DNA of 30,227 nt from assembly GCA_036396815.1 (NCBI GenBank), contig DASWKD010000232.1, positions 1-30,227 on the forward strand. The letters run 5' to 3'. The notes under the pieces were generated by a model. The model was not told where the DNA came from. It was given only the letters and a program-made list of their open reading frames with translations, and did no database searches. Each line of letters starts with the position of its first letter. Position 1 is the stretch's first letter. This document shows, piece after piece, positions 25,128-30,227 of this stretch. The position numbers and the translations under genes are program-made. This DNA is from Actinomycetota bacterium (GTDB lineage: Bacteria > Actinomycetota > UBA4738 > CALAEC01).

Positions 25128-26039
25128 TCAGGGCCCCAGGGGCTCCGTCTCCTCCACGGTCTTCGACCGGGCCAGCGTGGCCGCCACGGCCCCGGCCAGG
25201 ATCAGCACGCCCCCAGCCACCGTTGCGGCCCGCACGGCCTCGCCCAGGAACAGGGCGGCCATCACCGAGGCGGCCACCGGCTCCATGGCCGCGATCACCG
25301 AGGTCCGCACGGCCCCCAGCCTCCGGAGGCCCACGAACAGGCTGGTGAACGCCCCCGCGGTGAACGCGCCCATCCCCAGGACCGAGCCCCACTCCGGGAG
25401 ATCCGCCGGGAGGCGCCCGCCCCCGGACGCCACGGCCAGCACCGCCAGCATCAGCGACGCGGAGCCGCTGACCCACATGGCCGACACCAGGGGCGACGTC
25501 CGCCTCAGGAACCGATCCGCTCCGATCATGTACAGCGAGAACGTGAGCGCCGAGGACAGCGCGAAGGCCACCCCCGCGGCCGACGCGGACACGCCGCCCG
25601 ACCCCCCGACCACCAGCCCGGCCCCAGCCACCGCGGCCACCAGCGAGCCGGACAGCAGCAGCCCCGGCACACCCATCCCCAGCGCCGCCGACAGCACCGC
25701 CACCCACACCGGGTACGTGAAGAACAGCAGGGTGATGCCGGCCACCGTCCCGTTCTTCAGGCCCAGGAAGAACAGCGAGGACTCGGCCGCGTAGCCCACG
25801 GCCCCCAGGACCGCCAGGGGGACGGCCTCGCCCCCCGCGGGGCGGATGCTCCGCCGCAGGACGCCCAGCGTCCCGGCCAGCAGCAGCGCGGCCGTCCCGA
25901 ACCGGATGGCCAGCATGGATGTCACCGGGAAGTCCCGGTCGGCCAGGAGCTTGCCGAAGATCACCGTGCCACCGAACAGCAGCGCGGCCAGGGCCACGAA
26001 CAGGGCCCCCACGGTCTCCGCTCCCGGGCTCCGGCGCAT
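25128..26039 (-). CDS. DMT/EamA family transporter
   Basis: About 10 hydrophobic segments in two EamA repeats. AIRFGTAA, LLFFTYPVWVAVLS, VIAAMEPVAASVMA. Confidence 0.9.
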   Translation of the reverse strand: MRRSPGAETVGALFVALAALLFGGTVIFGKLLADRDFPVTSMLAIRFGTAALLLAGTLGVLRRSIRPAGGEAVPLAVLGAVGYAAESSLFFLGLKNGTVAGITLLFFTYPVWVAVLSAALGMGVPGLLLSGSLVAAVAGAGLVVGGSGGVSASAAGVAFALSSALTFSLYMIGADRFLRRTSPLVSAMWVSGSASLMLAVLAVASGGGRLPADLPEWGSVLGMGAFTAGAFTSLFVGLRRLGAVRTSVIAAMEPVAASVMAALFLGEAVRAATVAGGVLILAGAVAATLARSKTVEETEPLGP

Positions 26040-26047
26040 GACCGCCG

Positions 26048-26053
26048 ATGGTA
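26048..26053 (-). promoter_or_regulatory. -10 box TACCAT
   Basis: TACCAT 8 nt upstream of ATG 26039. Confidence 0.45.
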
Positions 26054-26111
26054 CCGCGCGGTCGCTCCGGGCCCCTCCCTGCTACCCTGAGCGGCCGAGG
26101 AGGGAACGACC

Positions 26112-26561
26112 ATGGCAGGCAAAGAGATCCTCTACGAGACGTTCATGACCAAGGCCCCCGGCCAGGAGAAGCTCCGGAAGACGGCCCAGGCCCGGCACCG
26201 GTACCTGATCCGCGAGGGCTGGCACGAGATGGAGCGACAGCAGGCCGGCCCCGACGCGTTCAAGATCCGGTTCGAGCGCGAGGGCGCCGCCCGCAAGCTA
26301 GAACCCCTGCGCAAGAACGTGGAGCCGCCGCCCAAGCGCGAGGGCCGGGGCGACCGCAGGGGTGGGCCCGGTGGCGGCCGGGGCGGGTTCGGCGGCGGGC
26401 CCGGCGGCCGGGGCGGCTTCGGCGGCGGCCGGGGTGGACCCGGCGGCGGGCGGGGCGGGCCCGGTGGTCCTCCCGGTGGCCGGGGCGCTCCCGGCGGCGG
26501 GCGGGGCGGGCCCGGCGGTCAGCCGCAGGGCGGGCCTCCTCCGGCGACCCCGAACCCCTAG
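26112..26561 (+). CDS. Hypothetical protein with C-terminal RGG/Gly-rich low-complexity tail
   Basis: SD GAGGAGGG, TACCCT -10 at 26083-26088, strong GC3 bias. About 75-aa basic N-domain followed by six RGG triplets. Confidence 0.85.
   Translation: MAGKEILYETFMTKAPGQEKLRKTAQARHRYLIREGWHEMERQQAGPDAFKIRFEREGAARKLEPLRKNVEPPPKREGRGDRRGGPGGGRGGFGGGPGGRGGFGGGRGGPGGGRGGPGGPPGGRGAPGGGRGGPGGQPQGGPPPATPNP
26358..26519 (+). repeat. In-frame low-complexity tandem repeats encoding (G/P)GGRGG(F/P)
   Basis: Near-identical units such as CCCGGCGGCGGGCGGGGCGGGCCCGG at about 26439 and about 26490. Confidence 0.8.
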
Positions 26562-27925
26562 CCCGTCCGGGCGGCGCGAGGCGCCGGCTCGCGCAGGTGG
26601 TGCTCGGTCCTGGCCTGGTATGCCATGCCCACCGTGAGGAGCACCGCTTCCTCGCGATCCCGGGCCACCACCTGAGCTCCCAGGGGCAGGCCCTCGGGTG
26701 AGAACCCCACCGGGAGGGACAGCGCGGGGAGCCCGCTCAGGCTCGCCGGGCGGGTCAGCCATCCGGCGGCCCCGCTGTGCACGCCCATCCGCTCACCGGC
26801 CAGCTCGACCTCCTCCACGCCCAGCGGGGGGGCCACCAGCATCGTGGCCGGGGCCAGGATCACGTCCACATCGACGAGGACATCCAGGAAGCGATGGCGG
26901 ACCTCCGCGGCCTTCTCCCGGGCGTGCAGGTACTCCACCGCGGTGCGGGACGCCCCCCACGACATGGACGTCCGGGTCAGCGGGTACAGCGTCTCGGGAC
27001 GGCGGAGGAGGCGCCCGTACTCGGCGGCGAACTCGGACATGGCCAGCACGCTCCACGCCTCGGGCGCGTCGTCCAGTCCGGGGACGTCCACCGGCATCAC
27101 CTCGGCGCCGGCCTCGGCCAGGACCCGCCCAGCGTGCTCCACCGCGGACAGGACCTCCGGCCGGGTCCGGCGGGCGAAGAATCCCCCGGCCACACCGATG
27201 CGCAGCCCGGCCACGTCCGCGGCGGGCATGACATCCGTGCCCGCCAGCGCCGACAGGCTGAGGGCCAGGTCCTCCACCGACACGGCGATGGGCCCCGCCG
27301 TGTCCAGGGAGGGAGCCAGCGGCATCATGCCCGTGGAAGGGAGGAGTCCGTAGGAAGGCTTCAGCCCGGCCACGCCGCAGAACGAGGCGGGGATCCGGAT
27401 CGATCCTCCCGTGTCGGTCCCCAGGGCCATGGGGACCACCCGGGCGGCAACAACCGCCGCCGAGCCTCCGCTGGAGCCTCCGGTGATCCGCGTATGGTCC
27501 CACGGGTTGCGGGTGGGCCCGTGCATCGACACGGCGTTCGTCCCCCCCGCGGCCAGCTCGTGCTGGTTCGTCTTCCCGATGATCACCGCGCCGGCGCCGC
27601 GAAGGCGAGTCACCAGCTCGGCGTCGGCCCGGGCGATCTGCCCCCGGTGGGACAGGCTGGACCCCGACGTCTCCCACCCGGCCACGTCGAACAGGTCCTT
27701 GACCGCCACCGGGACGCCGTGCAGGGGCCCCAGCGGCTTGCCCCCCTCGACGTCCGCGGTCCGGGCCCGGGCCTCCTGGAGGGCGTCCTCCGATCGGATC
27801 TGGGTGAACGCGTTGGTCGAAGCCTGCCACCGATCGGCCCGCTCCAGGGCGGCCTCGACCAGCTGGGAGGGTGTGACCTCCCGGTCGCGGACCGCCCGGG
27901 CGCTCTCGGTCAGGGTGCGCGCCAC
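26558..27925 (-). CDS. Amidase-signature family amidase
   Basis: GPLHGVPVAVKD (Lys), GKTNQHE, TRNPWD, GGSSGGS (cis-Ser), LGTDTGGSIRIPASFCG (Ser). Confidence 0.92.
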   Translation of the reverse strand: MARTLTESARAVRDREVTPSQLVEAALERADRWQASTNAFTQIRSEDALQEARARTADVEGGKPLGPLHGVPVAVKDLFDVAGWETSGSSLSHRGQIARADAELVTRLRGAGAVIIGKTNQHELAAGGTNAVSMHGPTRNPWDHTRITGGSSGGSAAVVAARVVPMALGTDTGGSIRIPASFCGVAGLKPSYGLLPSTGMMPLAPSLDTAGPIAVSVEDLALSLSALAGTDVMPAADVAGLRIGVAGGFFARRTRPEVLSAVEHAGRVLAEAGAEVMPVDVPGLDDAPEAWSVLAMSEFAAEYGRLLRRPETLYPLTRTSMSWGASRTAVEYLHAREKAAEVRHRFLDVLVDVDVILAPATMLVAPPLGVEEVELAGERMGVHSGAAGWLTRPASLSGLPALSLPVGFSPEGLPLGAQVVARDREEAVLLTVGMAYQARTEHHLREPAPRAARTG

Positions 27926-27931
27926 GGCGTC

Positions 27932-27937
27932 AGGCTA
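27932..27937 (-). promoter_or_regulatory. -10 box TAGCCT, probable leaderless promoter
   Basis: TAGCCT 6 nt upstream of GTG 27925. Confidence 0.55.
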
Positions 27938-27963
27938 CCCGAAGCGGAGCGAGGACCGGAAGC

Positions 27964-28998
27964 CTACCGGCCGGCCGGCACCCTCTGGAGTCGGCGGACC
28001 AGGCCCAGGGCCCGGCGGAGGCGGCGCCGGGGCACCGGCGGCTCCCCGGCTCCGGGGTCCCCGGCCAGCGGGCGGGGCTCCCGGGCCCCCACGATCAGGG
28101 CCACCCCGACCACGATGACCAGCCCGGCCAGCAGGGTCCGGGAGGTCACGGCTTCGTTCAGGACGGCCCAGCCCAGGAGGACGGCCACCACCGGGTTCAC
28201 GTACGCGTAGGTCCCCACCAGCGCGGTGGACGTCTTGGACAGCAGCCAGATGTAGGCCACGAAGCCCACCCAGGACCCGAACACCACCAGGTACCCCAGG
28301 CCCAGGAGCGACTCCAGGGAGATCCCGGCCAGGTCCAGCTTGCCGAACTCCCCGGTCACCGAGGCGGCCACCAGGAGCACCACGCCGCCCGCCACCATCT
28401 CCATGGCCGCGGCCAGCATCGGGTTGCGGGGGAGGGGCGCGGCCCGGGCGTACAGCGACCCCGACGCCCACGACAGCGAGGCCAGCACCAGCAGGCCGGT
28501 GCCGAACAGGTCCAGCCGCCCGGCCAGGGACTGCCCCACCAGGAGCGCCACCCCGGCGAAGCCCACCAGGAGCCCCAGGACGGCCACCCAGGACAGGCGC
28601 TTGCGGAACGCCACCCGGTCCCCCACGGCCAGGAACAGCGGGACCGAGGCGATGATCAGCGCGGCGATCCCCGACGGCACGGACTGCTCCGCGATCGAGA
28701 CCAGCCCGTTGCCGCCGAGGAGGAGCGCGCCGCCGATGATCGCTGCCGAGCGCCAATGGACGGGGGTCGGGCGCTCGGAGGAGGGGTCGCGGCGGCGCGG
28801 TCTGGCGATGAGGTACAGGATCGACCCGGCCACCAGGAACCGGGCCGAGGCCATCAGGAGGGGCGGGATGGTCTCCACGCCCACCCGGATGGCCAGGTAG
28901 GTGGAGCCCCACACGATCCACACCGAGACCAGCGCGGTCCAGATCATGGCCATGCTCGGCCTCCGCTCCTCCGGGTGGGTGGCGTCGAAGACCTGCAT
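27964..28998 (-). CDS. EamA family transporter (YedA-like)
   Basis: WIVWGSTYLAIRVGVETIPPLLMASARF, VPSGIAALIIA, FGSWVGFVAYIWLL, YAYVNPVVAVLLG. Start ATG 28998 is supported by TATCAT 6 nt upstream; ATG 28953 is an alternative. Confidence 0.92.
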   Translation of the reverse strand: MQVFDATHPEERRPSMAMIWTALVSVWIVWGSTYLAIRVGVETIPPLLMASARFLVAGSILYLIARPRRRDPSSERPTPVHWRSAAIIGGALLLGGNGLVSIAEQSVPSGIAALIIASVPLFLAVGDRVAFRKRLSWVAVLGLLVGFAGVALLVGQSLAGRLDLFGTGLLVLASLSWASGSLYARAAPLPRNPMLAAAMEMVAGGVVLLVAASVTGEFGKLDLAGISLESLLGLGYLVVFGSWVGFVAYIWLLSKTSTALVGTYAYVNPVVAVLLGWAVLNEAVTSRTLLAGLVIVVGVALIVGAREPRPLAGDPGAGEPPVPRRRLRRALGLVRRLQRVPAGR

Positions 28999-29004
28999 GG
29001 GCTT

Positions 29005-29010
29005 ATGATA
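29005..29010 (-). promoter_or_regulatory. -10 box TATCAT, probable leaderless promoter
   Basis: TATCAT 6 nt upstream of ATG 28998; TTCTCA 17 nt further upstream. Confidence 0.6.
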
Positions 29011-29041
29011 CGAAAGGCATCTACCTCTGAGAAGGGCAAGT

Positions 29042-29063
29042 CGAAGTGATGTTGGTCACTTCG
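29042..29063. promoter_or_regulatory. Palindrome CGAAGTGA-N6-TCACTTCG
   Basis: Perfect 8-bp arms with a 6-nt spacer in the divergent EamA/Lrp intergenic region. Confidence 0.6.
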
Positions 29064-29096
29064 GCTTCGAACAGAAGACAGAAGGGGGCGGCGACC

Positions 29097-29609
29097 TTGG
29101 AAACTGAGAGGCTCCTCGACGAAACGGGCTGGAAGATCCTGACCGAGCTCCAGGACAACGCCAGGATCTCGTTCAGCGAGCTGGGGCGCCGGGTGGCCCT
29201 GACCCCACCGGCGGTGGCCGACCGGGTCCGGCGGATGGAGGAGGCCGGGCTGATCGGCGGGTACCGGGCCCACCCGGACCTGGGGAAGGTCGGCCTGCCG
29301 ATCACCGTGTTCATCCGGTGGACGGCCATCGGCAACGACTGCGCCCACCTGGGCGAGGTGGCCAAGGACATCCCCGAGATCATCGAGTGCCACCGGGTGA
29401 CCGGGGAGGCCTCGTACGTGGTCAAGGCCGCGGTGCGCACGGTGGAGCACCTCCAGGACCTGATCGACCGGCTGATGCCCTACGGGGAGACCAAGACGTC
29501 CGTGGTCCTATCGTCCCCCGTGATGCACCGCGCGGTGGGACCGGAGCACGTCCGCGAGGCGGAGCCGGTCAAGCCCACCCCGATCCGGCGGCGGACCAGA
29601 ACAGCCTGA
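29097..29609 (+). CDS. Lrp/AsnC family transcriptional regulator
   Basis: LDETGWKILTELQDNARISFSELGRRVALTPPAVADRVRRMEEAGLIGGY (HTH) and IIECHRVTGEASYVVK (RAM domain). Start set at TTG 29097 (GAAGGGGG upstream); the ORF track start is 29046. Confidence 0.92.
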   Translation: METERLLDETGWKILTELQDNARISFSELGRRVALTPPAVADRVRRMEEAGLIGGYRAHPDLGKVGLPITVFIRWTAIGNDCAHLGEVAKDIPEIIECHRVTGEASYVVKAAVRTVEHLQDLIDRLMPYGETKTSVVLSSPVMHRAVGPEHVREAEPVKPTPIRRRTRTA

Positions 29610-30226
29610 TGGCGGTCCGCGTCGGACTGGGACTGTTCACCGGCCAGATCCCGCCGGGCTCCGACCGGACCTTCGCCCAGGAGTACCACGATGTCATCGA
29701 GCTATCCCGGCTCGCAGAAGCCTTGGGCTTCGACTCCGTGTGGGTCAGCGAGCACCACGGGGCCGGCGACGGCTACCTGCCCTCGCTCCTTCCCCTGCTG
29801 GGCGCCCTGGCCGCAGCCACGGACGAGGTCACCCTGGGGACCGGCGTGCTGCTCACGCCGTTCCACCATCCTCTGCGGCTGGCCGAGGACGCCGCGGTGG
29901 TCGACCAGCTGTCGGGCGGGCGCCTCCTGCTGGGCCTGGGCCTCGGGTGGCGCGAGGAGGAGTTCCGGATGTTCGACGTCCCCATCGCCGAGCGGGTCCG
30001 CCGAACCACGGAGACCGTGGACATCCTCCGCGCGGCGTGGACCGGCGGGCGGTTCACCCATCGCGGGAAGATCTTCGACCTGGAGGACGTGCGGGTCACG
30101 CCCCCGCCGGCCCGCGACGGCGGCCCGCCGATCTACCTGGGCGGCCACGTGGAGGCGGCCTGCCGCCGGGCCGGAGCCATCGGCGACGGCTACATCCGGA
30201 GCCGCGCGGGCCTCGAGGAGGCCAAG
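29609..30226 (+). CDS. LLM-class flavin-dependent oxidoreductase (luciferase-like), 3'-truncated by window edge
   Basis: Not in the ORF track (no stop). Manual translation from ATG 29609 (TGATG overlap): MAVRVGLGLF...LAEALGFDSVWVSEHH...LGTGVLLTPFHHPLRLAEDAAVVDQLSGGRLLLGLGLGWREEEF. Confidence 0.92.
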   Translation, partial: MAVRVGLGLFTGQIPPGSDRTFAQEYHDVIELSRLAEALGFDSVWVSEHHGAGDGYLPSLLPLLGALAAATDEVTLGTGVLLTPFHHPLRLAEDAAVVDQLSGGRLLLGLGLGWREEEFRMFDVPIAERVRRTTETVDILRAAWTGGRFTHRGKIFDLEDVRVTPPPARDGGPPIYLGGHVEAACRRAGAIGDGYIRSRAGLEEAK

Positions 30227-30227
30227 G

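Noticed and set aside
14662-26561. Idea that the HPPY methyltransferase methylates the RGG protein
   Set aside because: The genes are 10 kb apart with no shared regulatory feature, and the fold is PrmC-like rather than PRMT-like; there is no sequence support.
26558-27925. Calling the amidase gatA
   Set aside because: No gatC/gatB neighbours and only generic amidase-signature motifs, so the symbol is left blank.
1-30227. tRNA, rRNA, riboswitch or integrase
   Set aside because: Intergenic gaps are mostly under 160 nt, and I saw no cloverleaf, rRNA signature or recombinase motifs. An Infernal/Rfam and tRNAscan run would be needed to exclude small RNAs formally.

Overview
High-GC bacterial DNA, most likely an Actinomycetota genome. 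This is inferred from the GC level, many TAnnnT boxes sitting 5-9 nt before start codons (leaderless style), and an actinobacterial-type orphan GroES. The window is densely coding, with about 30 CDS and no rRNA, tRNA, CRISPR array, transposase or integrase that I can recognise. Housekeeping and metabolic genes include a CoA-NUDIX/CoA-binding/DUF4177 operon, SDR, A-type Fe-S carrier, cupredoxin lipoprotein, orphan FrhB-like protein coupled to an aldo/keto reductase, YyaL-like thioredoxin protein, rhodanese, an acyl-CoA dehydrogenase/phosphotransferase/HAD trio, a divergent PrmC, GroES, alpha/beta hydrolase, amidase, two EamA transporters, Lrp and a partial LLM oxidoreductase. Six large Sec-secreted proteins are interspersed: S8, M6-like and M28 peptidases, an Asp-box propeller, an LVIVD propeller and an unknown 315-aa protein. 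The strongest unexplained signal is a 22-bp palindrome (CCTTTGTGCA-NN-TGCACAAAGG) present three times. It lies upstream of four secreted-protein genes and is followed each time by G-N-N-GAA at an identical distance. Two of those genes, 13.5 kb apart, also share an unnamed C-terminal protein module, which suggests an undescribed regulon for secreted proteins. Other notable items are an ACAD10-like split operon, a lower-GC wHTH-HATPase-STAS gene with operator-like repeats, and a small RGG-box protein. All family calls come from motif recognition by eye, not database searches.
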